Assembly (NCBI GenBank): GCA_947097635.1
Contig: CAMURW010000001.1
Location: 1 to 27,226 of the forward strand
DNA length: 27,226 nt
Source of the DNA: an uncultured Bacteroidales bacterium
GTDB taxonomy: Bacteria; Bacteroidota; Bacteroidia; Bacteroidales; P3
Reading direction: 5' to 3'
Position 1 is the first letter of the stretch. Each line of letters begins with the position of its first letter. Made by a program: the position numbers and the translations under genes. Below, one piece after another: positions 8,984-18,461 of the stretch. A model generated the notes under the pieces. The model saw only the letters and a list, made by a program, of their open reading frames with translations. It did not search any database and was not told the origin of the DNA.

Positions 8984-10090
8984 TTATACTATCATGCCGC
9001 TGGCTAATACCAAGTGCGCATCGTTGTCGTACACTATGCCGTATTGGCCAGGGGAGATGCCTTGTATGCGTGTGTCGCTGGTGATGCGGTAGATGTCGCC
9101 GAGGCGGGAGAGATGCCCCTGTGCAAAGTCTGGCGTGTGGCGTATCTTGAATTTCACGGGAATGTCCTGAGGTGCGGAATGCCCTTCGTTGATGTCTTCC
9201 AAGGGGTTTGTCAGAAACCGTTCCCCTCCTGGCGAGAGGAAATGGAAGTCGGCCATATTCACCACGTTGCCATACTGCGTGGCGGGGTCGTAACCTTGGC
9301 TGACGTACAGCACGTTGTCCTCCACATCTTTCTTCACTACAAACCAAGGACCTCCGCTCAGTCCCAGTCCTTTGCGCTGACCTATGGTGTGATACCAAAA
9401 GCCTTTGTGTGTGCCTAGTACCTTTCCCGTCTCCAGTTCAACAATCTTGCCTGCCTTTTCGCCCAGATAGCGGCACAGGAAGTCGTTGTAGTTGATTTTG
9501 CCCAGGAAGCAGATGCCCTGACTATCCTTGCGGTCTGCGCTGGGCAGGCGTGCCTCGTGGGCTATCCGGCGCACCTCGCTCTTCGTCATGTTGCCTATGG
9601 GGAACATCACCCTCTGTATCTGCGGGTACGACAGTTGTGCCAGGAAGTCCGTCTGGTCTTTCACGGGGTCCTTAGCGGTGGCCAGAAAGGTGATGCCGTC
9701 CACCACTTCCGTAGTGGCGTAGTGGCCGGTGGCTATGCGTTCGTAGTTGTGGCCCCACTGTCGGTCGAAGATGCCGAACTTTATCATCTTGTTGCACATC
9801 ATGTCGGGATGAGGCGTCAGCCCCCGTTTCACGCTGTCGATGATGTAACTAACCACGTTGTCCCAGTATTCCTCTTGCAGGCTCACTTCCTCGCAGTGGC
9901 AGCCATATTTGCGTGCTATCCACCGCACTATCTCCATGTCTTCTTCGTGGGGGCAGTCTATGTAGCCCTGTTCCTCCTCCATGCCTATGCGGATATAGAA
10001 GATGTCGGGCTCGTAGCCTTGTTCTTTCAGTAGGTGCACAACTACGGAGCTGTCTACTCCGCCGGACACCAATGTCGCTATTTTTGTCAT
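8984..10090 (-). CDS. mnmA: tRNA 2-thiouridine(34) synthase MnmA
   Basis: PP-loop [54 protein letters not shown]. Confidence 0.96.
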   Translation of the reverse strand: MTKIATLVSGGVDSSVVVHLLKEQGYEPDIFYIRIGMEEEQGYIDCPHEEDMEIVRWIARKYGCHCEEVSLQEEYWDNVVSYIIDSVKRGLTPHPDMMCNKMIKFGIFDRQWGHNYERIATGHYATTEVVDGITFLATAKDPVKDQTDFLAQLSYPQIQRVMFPIGNMTKSEVRRIAHEARLPSADRKDSQGICFLGKINYNDFLCRYLGEKAGKIVELETGKVLGTHKGFWYHTIGQRKGLGLSGGPWFVVKKDVEDNVLYVSQGYDPATQYGNVVNMADFHFLSPGGERFLTNPLEDINEGHSAPQDIPVKFKIRHTPDFAQGHLSRLGDIYRITSDTRIQGISPGQYGIVYDNDAHLVLASGMIV

Positions 10091-10145
10091 GACGAATCGC
10101 TATTTAAGATGACGGGGCTGAGAAGTAGTGGAATAAGGTGTGTGG

Positions 10146-10988
10146 TTACAAAGAGGTGATGTGCTCCGACAGTGCGTGGTAAGCCTCAGGGACATCTTCG
10201 GGCAAGTGGAATGTGGTGCGGGGGAACATCTCCTGCAGCTGTTTCAGCCCCTCTGCCATTGCTTCGTACTTGCCCCAGAAATGCATAGGATAGAAGTTGT
10301 TGGCAGGTATCTCGTACAACCATTGTGTCGCCCCCCGCAGCATATCCTTGCCCAGTCGTGGATCTACGGGGAAGCAGAGGTGCTGTAGACCGTCGGGATA
10401 GACCTTCTCTAACTCTCGTACCACGGAAAGGAACAGCCCCTCCATCTGTTGCAGGGACACTTTAAGGTGCTCTGGGCCTTCGCCTTCCTCACTGAAATAC
10501 CAGTTGTTCAAGTCGCCGCAGTGGAACAGCGTCTCGCCCTGTTCGTCTGCCTTCAGGCGCAGTGCCATCGATATCCCGATGTCGGTGCTGCGGTAGGCAT
10601 GGAGTTCCAAGTTGTCGTCCTCATAATGGTGTCCGGGTCTCAGCACTGCAGCGGGGAGAGCTGGGAAGATGCGCCTACGCTTCACAACGTCGTAACTCAA
10701 CAGATAGAGGGGTTTGCGGCGCAAGCGAAAATACGGCCGTTTCTTGTTGGCGCTTTCGTGGTTGCACGCAGCGTGGTCGTTGTCATCCACAGGTAACTTA
10801 CATCTCAATATCTGTGGATTGTAGTGGTCGGGATGGAAGTGCGAGACCACGAAATAGACCTGTTTGCTGGTCTCTTCCAGCAGATGGTGCAGCCTGCCGT
10901 CGTCGCGGTCGTGCCAATAGTCTATCACCACGATAGTATCGCTGCTCTCTGCCACAAAACAACTATGAAAGAGGTATCTTATAGTCAT
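10146..10988 (-). CDS. MBL-fold metallo-hydrolase
   Basis: YLFHSCF N-terminus, HxHxDH (SHFHPDH), STDIG, FHCGDLNNW, PVDPRLG, PMHFW. Confidence 0.9.
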   Translation of the reverse strand: MTIRYLFHSCFVAESSDTIVVIDYWHDRDDGRLHHLLEETSKQVYFVVSHFHPDHYNPQILRCKLPVDDNDHAACNHESANKKRPYFRLRRKPLYLLSYDVVKRRRIFPALPAAVLRPGHHYEDDNLELHAYRSTDIGISMALRLKADEQGETLFHCGDLNNWYFSEEGEGPEHLKVSLQQMEGLFLSVVRELEKVYPDGLQHLCFPVDPRLGKDMLRGATQWLYEIPANNFYPMHFWGKYEAMAEGLKQLQEMFPRTTFHLPEDVPEAYHALSEHITSL

Positions 10989-11062
10989 ATAATATCCTTG
11001 GCTTCACCACTTGTGAGGCTTAATTATAACGTAACCGTATACAATATTATTGTATACACTCG

Positions 11063-12046
11063 CTATCCATGTGTCCGATGTCGGCCTACTTGCTGTGTCC
11101 TTGGATGCGGAACTTGGGAATAGGCAATAATGGTGACGGCAGTGATAATCAGGACAATGCCCACCGCCAAGTGCGTTGTGAAAGACTCGTGGAACACGAA
11201 GATGCCTATGATGACGGCCGTAAGAGGCTCCAGAGCACCCAGGATGGAGGTGGTGGTGGCTCCTGTATATTTGCTGGAGTACACCATCATCACCAGTGCT
11301 GCTATGCCCGGTATTGCAGCCAGCCAAGTCACGTAGAACCAGCCTCTGAAGTTGTGGGGCGGCAACAGCGGCCCCACCAGCGCAGCACGGCCGTCGCTCC
11401 CAGCGCGCATTTCCGGCGACATAAGCGCATTGCCCAGAGCGGTATACACCAACATTCCGATGGCGCACCACAGCAGCACATAAAAGTTTATCTTGAACGA
11501 GGAGCATTGCAGCTTGGCCTTGCCCACCAACACGATGTATATGGCATAGGTGAGGGCCGAGATGAGTACTAGTATCACCCCTTCCGGCGACAGGGTGCCG
11601 CTGCCGTCTCCTGTCCAATACAGTAGCACCACTCCGGCGGTGGCCAGTGCTATGCATAGCCACGTGAGGATGCTGGCACGCTCGCGGTACACCACCAGCA
11701 TTATCAGCACCGTCATAATAGGGTAGGTGAAGAGGATGGTGCTGGCAATACCCGCAGGCATGTATAGAAAAGAAAGATACAGCGACAGCGAGGAGAAGAT
11801 AAAGAGTATCCCCAGCGACGACACCACCTTGAAATCCTGCCATGCAACGTGCAGGCTCTCCTTGCGGAACAGCATCACCACCGCCAAGATGAGGAAAGCC
11901 ATGCTGAAGCGATAAAAAAGTACGCAATTTGTCGCCATCCCTTCCCCGTACAGATTGAGGGCTCCTAAGGGATTTGTGCCATAACAGACAGCAGCGCCTA
12001 TGCCGCAGAATGTTCCAGAAACTTTTTTACCACCTTTTAATATCAT
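11063..12046 (-). CDS. DMT/EamA-family transporter
   Basis: About ten TM helices in two EamA repeats (YGTNPLGA..YRF; GIASTILFTYP; TSILGALEPLTAVIIG..FHE). ATG 12046 chosen because the longer ORF runs into AT-rich promoter DNA. Confidence 0.92.
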   Translation of the reverse strand: MILKGGKKVSGTFCGIGAAVCYGTNPLGALNLYGEGMATNCVLFYRFSMAFLILAVVMLFRKESLHVAWQDFKVVSSLGILFIFSSLSLYLSFLYMPAGIASTILFTYPIMTVLIMLVVYRERASILTWLCIALATAGVVLLYWTGDGSGTLSPEGVILVLISALTYAIYIVLVGKAKLQCSSFKINFYVLLWCAIGMLVYTALGNALMSPEMRAGSDGRAALVGPLLPPHNFRGWFYVTWLAAIPGIAALVMMVYSSKYTGATTTSILGALEPLTAVIIGIFVFHESFTTHLAVGIVLIITAVTIIAYSQVPHPRTQQVGRHRTHG

Positions 12047-12165
12047 CTCTTTGTGCAATAATATTATTTTTTCATTGCGAATGAGAGTGTTACACTTTTT
12101 TTCCATTGCGAAAAAGATTTGCAAATATCCTCTTTTTTTGTCAGTTGTAATTTTTTTTTTCACTT

Positions 12166-12198
12166 TTTGTTAGGTTTTGAAAAAAAAATGTACCTTTG
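12166..12198 (+). promoter_or_regulatory. Consensus Bacteroidota promoter for the nqr operon
   Basis: TTTG (12166-12169), 21-nt spacer, TACCTTTG (12191-12198) followed by CA. Confidence 0.85.
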
Positions 12199-12230
12199 CA
12201 ACGTCAATAGGAAGTGGCAATAAACTGGTA

Positions 12231-12273
12231 ACTCGCTAAGCATGACAATGTTTGCGAGTGTTTTTGTTTTTTT
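12231..12273 (+). terminator. Intrinsic terminator-like hairpin in the nqrA 5' leader (candidate attenuator)
   Basis: ACTCGC-T-AAGCAT-gaca-ATGTTT-GCGAGT stem-loop immediately followed by GTTTTTGTTTTTTT; lies between the promoter and the nqrA ATG. Confidence 0.7.
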
Positions 12274-12305
12274 CTACTCCCAAAAAGTTGAAAATTAAGA
12301 AGAAA

Positions 12306-13673
12306 ATGTCTGATAATACGATTAACATCAAGAAAGGTCTTGACATTCGCGTGAAAGGCACTGCCGCACTCACTACCGTGGATGCCACCACCATCCAGCG
12401 CTATGCCGTGAAGCCCACGGACTATGTGGGCGTGACACCCAAGCTGATGGTGAAGGAAGGCGATAGCGTTAAGGCAGGTAGTGTGCTGTTCTACGACAAG
12501 AACAACGAGGCTGCACGTTTCACCAGCCCTGTGAGTGGCACCGTGGAGGCTGTGGTACGTGGTGACAAACGTGCCATCCTGCGAGTGGTGGTTGCCGCCG
12601 ACGGCAAGATGGACAGCGAGACCTTCGCACACGGCAACCCTGCCGAGATGGGCAGAGAGGCCGTAGTGAAAACACTGACAGAGAGCGGTGTCTGGACGAT
12701 GCTGCGTCAGCGTCCTTTCGGACTGGTGGCATGTCCCGACGATACCCCCAAGGCCATCTTCGTCAGCGGCTTCGAAAGTGCTCCCCTGGCCCCCAACTAC
12801 AACTATCTGATTGCCGGCCATGAACAGGAGTTCGACATGGGCATGGAAGTGCTGCACACATTGGTGAGCGCTATCCACCTCAGCATCAACCCCATGCTGA
12901 ACAACACCGTGATGCCTACCCAAAACTATGTGAAGATGCATTACTTCACAGGCAAACATCCTGCCGGTCTCGTGGGCACGCAAATCAACAGGATAGACCC
13001 CGTCAACAAGGGCGAAATCGTGTGGACCATCAAACCAGTGGATATTTGTATCATTGGACACCTGTTTCTCACAGGACAGTATCGCCCCGAGCGCTTGGTG
13101 GCGATGGCGGGTCCTGTGGTTAAGAATCCCCAGTATTACAAGATGCTACAAGGCGCTTGCATAGAGAGCCTTGCCAACAATGTCACCGACGACCATGTAC
13201 GATACATCAGTGGCGATATGCTCACCGGCACCAACATAGGCAAGAATGGTTTCATGGGTGCCACAGACAACCTGCTAACCGTGCTGCCCGAGGGCGACAA
13301 ATACGACTTTATGGGCTGGCTGGCACCAGGTGTAAAGAAATACAGCTTTTCCCATACCTTCCTTAGTGGCTTTTTCCAGTGCGGAAGCAAGGGCTGTCAG
13401 AAGTTCCTAGAAGGCCGTGAACTGAATACAGGACTCCATGGCGGCGTGCGCCCTTTCGTGGTGACAGGCGAGATGGAGAAGGTATTCCCGCTGGACATCT
13501 ACCCTCTCCAGCTTATCAAGGCCTGCATCATTGGCGACATAGACCTGATGGAGAACCTGGGCATCTACGAGGTGGAACCCGAAGACTTCGCACTGTGTGA
13601 ATTCATCGACACCAGCAAGACGGAAATCCAGAACATCATCCGTCAGGGTCTGGAAACATGCAGGTTGAATTAA
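12306..13673 (+). CDS. nqrA: Na(+)-translocating NADH-quinone reductase subunit A
   Basis: INIKKGLDI N-terminus, FTSPVSG, LRQRPF, GKHPAGLVG, YISGDMLTG, LGIYEVEPEDFALCEF; first gene of the six-gene cluster. ATG 12306 preferred. Confidence 0.96.
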   Translation: MSDNTINIKKGLDIRVKGTAALTTVDATTIQRYAVKPTDYVGVTPKLMVKEGDSVKAGSVLFYDKNNEAARFTSPVSGTVEAVVRGDKRAILRVVVAADGKMDSETFAHGNPAEMGREAVVKTLTESGVWTMLRQRPFGLVACPDDTPKAIFVSGFESAPLAPNYNYLIAGHEQEFDMGMEVLHTLVSAIHLSINPMLNNTVMPTQNYVKMHYFTGKHPAGLVGTQINRIDPVNKGEIVWTIKPVDICIIGHLFLTGQYRPERLVAMAGPVVKNPQYYKMLQGACIESLANNVTDDHVRYISGDMLTGTNIGKNGFMGATDNLLTVLPEGDKYDFMGWLAPGVKKYSFSHTFLSGFFQCGSKGCQKFLEGRELNTGLHGGVRPFVVTGEMEKVFPLDIYPLQLIKACIIGDIDLMENLGIYEVEPEDFALCEFIDTSKTEIQNIIRQGLETCRLN

Positions 13674-13736
13674 TGTTGTTAATTTTAGGGGCAGCCGGGA
13701 TGCCGGAGGCCTAGATACTAGATAAAGGATATAATA

Positions 13737-14900
13737 ATGTCTTTAAGATCATATTTAGATAAAATAAAACCCAACTTTGAGAAGGGCGGCAAACATGAGA
13801 AGCTTCATTCCACCTTTGAGGCGTTCGAGAGCTTTGCCTACACTCCCAATACGGTAACAAAGAAAGGTTCGCATGTTCGCGATGCAGTGGACCTCAAGCG
13901 TACCATTATCACTGTTGTCATCGCTCTGCTACCGGCCACGCTGTTCGGAATGTGGAACATTGGCCATCAGACCGCATTGGCATATCCCGGCATGTTCGAA
14001 AACACCTTCTGGCATTGCCTCTGGTTCGGATTTCTCAGGATGCTTCCCATCATTGTTGTCAGTTACGTGGTGGGGCTGTTCCTTGAGTTTCTCTTTGCCG
14101 AGATACGTCACGAGGAAGTCAATGAAGGCTATATCGCCACAGGTTTGCTTATCTCGCTGATAGTGCCTGTCACCATTCCTCTGTGGCAACTGGCGATGGC
14201 TGTGGCTTTTGCCGTGGTGATAGGCAAGGAGGTGTTTGGCGGCACGGGCATGAACTTCCTCAATCCCGCCTTGGTGGCGCGTGCCTTCCTCTTCTTCAGC
14301 TATCCCACCCACATGAGCGGCGATAGTGTGTGGATTGCCAAGCCCTACCATTTCACTGGCGATGTCGTTAGCGGTGCCACACCGTTAGGCGAACTGATGG
14401 CCGGCATGAATCCTCAGGCTTCTGCCATGCAGATGTTCCTGGGCACCATCCCTGGCAGCATCGGTGAAACCAGCGTGGTGGCTATCCTCATCGGGGCTGC
14501 CATCTTGCTATGCACAGGCGTGGCCAGCTGGCGTATCATGCTCAGCGTGGCAATAGGGGGCGGACTGATGGGACTGCTCTTCAACGCCATCGGCACCAAT
14601 GCCTATATGGCACTACCCTGGTGGCAGCACTACCTGATGGGCGGCTTCGCCTTCGGAGCCGTCTTCATGGCCACGGATCCCGTCACCAGCGCCCAGACCA
14701 ACTGCGGCAAGTGGATTTATGGCTTCCTCATCGGTGTCTTCGCAGTGCTGCTGCGTGTGGTAAACCCCGCATACCCCGAGGGTATGATGCTGTCCATACT
14801 GCTGCTGAACTGCTTTGCGCCTCTCATAGACCATTGCGTGGTGCAGCGCAACATCAAGATGCGCCTGGCTCGCAGTGCCGCACATAAACAAAGTAATTAG
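13737..14900 (+). CDS. nqrB: Na(+)-NQR subunit B
   Basis: HVRDAVDLKR, KEVFGGTGMNFLNPAL, FMN site SGAT, FMATDPVT, PAYPEGMMLSIL. Confidence 0.97.
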   Translation: MSLRSYLDKIKPNFEKGGKHEKLHSTFEAFESFAYTPNTVTKKGSHVRDAVDLKRTIITVVIALLPATLFGMWNIGHQTALAYPGMFENTFWHCLWFGFLRMLPIIVVSYVVGLFLEFLFAEIRHEEVNEGYIATGLLISLIVPVTIPLWQLAMAVAFAVVIGKEVFGGTGMNFLNPALVARAFLFFSYPTHMSGDSVWIAKPYHFTGDVVSGATPLGELMAGMNPQASAMQMFLGTIPGSIGETSVVAILIGAAILLCTGVASWRIMLSVAIGGGLMGLLFNAIGTNAYMALPWWQHYLMGGFAFGAVFMATDPVTSAQTNCGKWIYGFLIGVFAVLLRVVNPAYPEGMMLSILLLNCFAPLIDHCVVQRNIKMRLARSAAHKQSN

Positions 14901-14926
14901 TGATTAGAAATAGGTAATTAGTAATT

Positions 14927-15787
14927 ATGAAGAGTTTTAGTAATAAATATATTTTCCTATACTCCACCGTGTTGGTGGCGGTAGTGGCTGTGTTGCTCAG
15001 CATAGTGGCAACCAGCCTCAAGGACAAGCAGCAGGCCAATATCCGCAACGAGAAGATGCAGAGCCTGCTGAAAGCTATCAATGTGAACGTGGAACGCGAT
15101 GCGGCAGAGGCGGAATATGCCAAATATTTCACCCATGAAGTCAATGTCAACGTGGCCGGCGAGGCCATGGACATCTACGACATCGCCGCCGGCAAGATGA
15201 CACAGGGCGACATCGCCCACCGTCCCTTCAACATCAACCTCAAAGACGAGCAGAAGAAGGCGGAGAGCGGCGCACAGGATGCCCGTTTCCCTGTGTATTG
15301 CTGCACTAAGAACGGCAAGACAAGTTATGTGTTGCCCATGCGCGGCACGGGTCTGTGGGGGCCTGTGTGGGGATATATAGCCATCGCCGCAGACTGCAAT
15401 ACCGTGGACGGCATCACTTTCGACCATGAAGGCGAGACCCCCGGCCTGGGCGCCGAAATCACCGGCGAGAAGTTCCAGAGGCCTTTCATCGGCAAACAAA
15501 TCTTGGATAAGCATGGCAAGGTAGTGTCCATCGCTGTGAAGAAGCATGCCAACCCCGAAGGCATTCACGAAGTGGATGCTATCACGGGCGGCACGATGAC
15601 CAGCAATGGCGTACACGCCATGCTGGCGACAGATATGGCACGCTATCAGTGCTTCTTCGACAAGATGCTTGCCGCAAATCCTGTTAGTAATAACGCAGGC
15701 ACTGCCATAGAAGGCAGTGCCGCAGACTCCACCAACGTGATGGGTGCTGCTGTCTCCGCTATGACGGAGGGAAAGGAGGCTCAATAA
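14927..15787 (+). CDS. nqrC: Na(+)-NQR subunit C
   Basis: N-terminal TM, GTGLWGPVWGY, HEGETPGLGAEI, FMN site VDAITGGTMTSNGV. Confidence 0.96.
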   Translation: MKSFSNKYIFLYSTVLVAVVAVLLSIVATSLKDKQQANIRNEKMQSLLKAINVNVERDAAEAEYAKYFTHEVNVNVAGEAMDIYDIAAGKMTQGDIAHRPFNINLKDEQKKAESGAQDARFPVYCCTKNGKTSYVLPMRGTGLWGPVWGYIAIAADCNTVDGITFDHEGETPGLGAEITGEKFQRPFIGKQILDKHGKVVSIAVKKHANPEGIHEVDAITGGTMTSNGVHAMLATDMARYQCFFDKMLAANPVSNNAGTAIEGSAADSTNVMGAAVSAMTEGKEAQ

Positions 15788-16410
15788 TGGCTAGTAAGAA
15801 TATGAAACTGATCACTGAGCCAATGGGCAAAAACAATCCCATCACCGTTCAGATACTTGGCATCTGTAGCTGCCTGGCCGTTACGGCACAGCTGAAAGCC
15901 GCTGTAGTAATGGCATTGTCCGTCACCGTGGTGGTAGGGCTGAGTAACCTTATCGTCTCTCTGCTTCGCAACACCATCCCTCCGCGCATCCGCATCATTG
16001 TGCAACTAGTCGTCGTCTCCGCGCTGGTGATACTGGTGAACCAGGTGCTGCAGGCCTTCGTCTACGACATTAGCAAGCAGCTCAGCGTGTATGTGGGACT
16101 CATTATTACCAACTGCATCGTCATGGGCCGCCTGGAGGCTTTCGCTATGGCTAACAAGCCATGGCCTTCCTTCTGCGACGGCATCGGCAACGGTCTGGGT
16201 TATGCCGTCATCCTGGTAATCCTGGGCTTCGTGCGCGAGCTGCTGGGCAGTGGCACGCTGTGGGGCTATCCTGTCATGGAGAAATTGGGCCTCTACAACA
16301 TTGGCTACGAGAACAATGGTCTTATGATCATGGCCCCCATGGCTCTCATACTGGTAGGCATCATCATCTGGATACAGAGGGGAGCGAATAAAGAGTTGCA
16401 AGAGAAGTGA
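15787..16410 (+). CDS. nqrD: Na(+)-NQR subunit D
   Basis: NNPITVQILGICSCLAVT, VGLIITNCIVMGRLEAFA, DGIGNGLGY; start overlaps the nqrC stop. Confidence 0.97.
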   Translation: MASKNMKLITEPMGKNNPITVQILGICSCLAVTAQLKAAVVMALSVTVVVGLSNLIVSLLRNTIPPRIRIIVQLVVVSALVILVNQVLQAFVYDISKQLSVYVGLIITNCIVMGRLEAFAMANKPWPSFCDGIGNGLGYAVILVILGFVRELLGSGTLWGYPVMEKLGLYNIGYENNGLMIMAPMALILVGIIIWIQRGANKELQEK

Positions 16411-16467
16411 TGTGGGTTTAGACGCGCAGACATCCAAACGTAATAACGTTTTAACGAGAAAAGTATC

Positions 16468-17082
16468 ATGGAATATTTTAATATTTTTATCAAGTCGATT
16501 TTCATCGACAATATGATTTTCGCCTTTTTCCTCGGCATGTGTTCCTTCCTTGCCGTGAGCAAGACGGTGAAGACATCACTGGGCTTGGGAGTGGCAGTTA
16601 CCTTTGTGCTGCTCATAACGGTACCCGTGAACTACTTGCTCAACAAATACGTGCTGGCTTCTGGTGCCTTGGCATGGCTGGGACCCAAGTTCGCCGCAGT
16701 AGACCTCAGCTTTCTGTCGCTCATCATGTTCATCGCCGTCATCGCCGCCATCGTGCAAATAGTGGAGATGGTGGTGGAGAAATACAGCCCGTCGCTGTAC
16801 AACTCCTTGGGCATCTTCCTACCCCTTATCGCTGTAAACTGCGCCGTGATGGGCGGTTCGCTGTTCATGCAGCAGCGCGACTATGCCAACATCGGCGAGG
16901 CCACCTGTTTCGCCCTGGGCAGCGGTATTGGCTGGCTTATCGCCATCGTAGGCATCGCCGCCATCCGCGAGAAGCTGCGCTACAGCGCCATACCGCCCGC
17001 TCTCAAGGGCGTGGGCATCACGTTCATCATCAGCGGCCTCATGGGCATGGCATTCATGAGCTTTATGGGCATTAAGTTATAA
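16468..17082 (+). CDS. nqrE: Na(+)-NQR subunit E
   Basis: [39 protein letters not shown]. Confidence 0.97.
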   Translation: MEYFNIFIKSIFIDNMIFAFFLGMCSFLAVSKTVKTSLGLGVAVTFVLLITVPVNYLLNKYVLASGALAWLGPKFAAVDLSFLSLIMFIAVIAAIVQIVEMVVEKYSPSLYNSLGIFLPLIAVNCAVMGGSLFMQQRDYANIGEATCFALGSGIGWLIAIVGIAAIREKLRYSAIPPALKGVGITFIISGLMGMAFMSFMGIKL

Positions 17083-17147
17083 ATAGGTATGCTGTGCAAC
17101 TCAGGGACACTGAGTCGCGTAGTGAAACATTAATTCAATGACAAAAA

Positions 17148-18422
17148 ATGGCTAAAATTATATTATCAGCGTTAATCGTTTTCCTCGTTGTCATTCTGGT
17201 GCTGGTGGCATTGCTGCTTTTCGTGCGTGCCAGGCTGGTGCCTGCCGGAGACGTGAAAATCAAGATTAACGGAGACAAGGAACTGACGGTATCCACCGGC
17301 AGCACGCTCATACAGACCCTCGCCGGACAGAATATCCACCTGCCCAGTGCCTGCGGCGGCAAAGGCAGCTGCGGACAGTGCAAAGTGCAGGTGTTTCAAG
17401 GAGGAGGCGACATATTGCCCACCGAGTTGCCACATTTCTCGCGCAGCCAGGTAAAAGATCACTGGCGTCTGGGCTGCCAAGTAAAGGTGAAGCAGGATAT
17501 GCAAATTGGTGTGCCGGAAAGCATTCTCGACATCAAGGAATACGAGTGCACGGTGGTGTCGAACCGCAACGTGGCTACTTTCATCAAGGAGTTCAAGGTG
17601 CAGCTGCCTGCCGGCGCGCACATGCACTTCAAGCCCGGCTCTTACGCCCAGATTAAGATTCCTGCTTTCAAGGTGAACTACGCCGATTTCGACCGCGAGC
17701 TCATTGGCAAGGCATATTTGCCCGCATGGGAGAAGTTCAAGATGTTCGACCTCGTTTGCGTCAACACAGAGCCTACGGTGCGTGCCTACTCTATGGCCAA
17801 CTATCCTGACGAAGGCGATGTGTTCATGCTCACCGTCCGCATAGCCACGCCGCCTTTCAAGCCCGACCGCAGCGGTTTCCAGAACGTCAACCCTGGTGTC
17901 GCCTCCAGTTACATATTCTCGTTGAAGCCTGGCGACAAGGTGACGATGAGCGGACCCTATGGCGAGTTCCATGTGAAAGAACATGCCGAGGGCGAGCCTC
18001 AGCCCGAGATGATCTGGATCGGCGGCGGTGCCGGCATGGCTCCACTACGCGCCCAGATTATGCACCTCACACGCACGCTCCACACCACGGATCGCAAGAT
18101 GAGTTATTTTTATGGCGCACGTGCGCTGAACGAGGTGTTCTACCTGCAGGACTTCCTGCAGCTGGAGAAAGACTACCCCAACTTCTCGTTCCATCTGGCT
18201 CTCGACCGTCCCGACCCTGCAGCCGACGCAGCAGGAGTGAATTACACCGCAGGATTTGTCCACAACGTGATGTTCGACACCTATCTCAAGAACGTGGAAG
18301 AACCCGAGGAGATAGAGTACTATATGTGCGGTCCAGGCCCCATGAGCAAGGCTGTAACTAATATGCTCGACAACCTTGGAGTGCCTAAGAGCAACATCAT
18401 GTTCGACGACTTCGGTGGTTGA
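17148..18422 (+). CDS. nqrF: Na(+)-NQR subunit F
   Basis: TM anchor, 2Fe-2S SACGGKGSCGQC..RLGCQ, FAD motif RAYSMANYP, NADH motif GGGAGMAP, YMCGP, C-terminal DDFGG. Confidence 0.97.
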   Translation: MAKIILSALIVFLVVILVLVALLLFVRARLVPAGDVKIKINGDKELTVSTGSTLIQTLAGQNIHLPSACGGKGSCGQCKVQVFQGGGDILPTELPHFSRSQVKDHWRLGCQVKVKQDMQIGVPESILDIKEYECTVVSNRNVATFIKEFKVQLPAGAHMHFKPGSYAQIKIPAFKVNYADFDRELIGKAYLPAWEKFKMFDLVCVNTEPTVRAYSMANYPDEGDVFMLTVRIATPPFKPDRSGFQNVNPGVASSYIFSLKPGDKVTMSGPYGEFHVKEHAEGEPQPEMIWIGGGAGMAPLRAQIMHLTRTLHTTDRKMSYFYGARALNEVFYLQDFLQLEKDYPNFSFHLALDRPDPAADAAGVNYTAGFVHNVMFDTYLKNVEEPEEIEYYMCGPGPMSKAVTNMLDNLGVPKSNIMFDDFGG

Positions 18423-18461
18423 TTCGCCCTGGAGAAGACGGGCATTCGCTGCCTTAGCAGC

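Noticed and set aside
12047..12305. N-terminal extensions of the EamA and NqrA ORFs in the ORF track
   Set aside because: They run through AT-rich promoter and leader DNA; family-typical starts are at 12046 and 12306.
12306..18422. Absence of apbE and nqrM next to the nqr operon
   Set aside because: These maturation genes need not be adjacent, so their absence from the window is uninformative.
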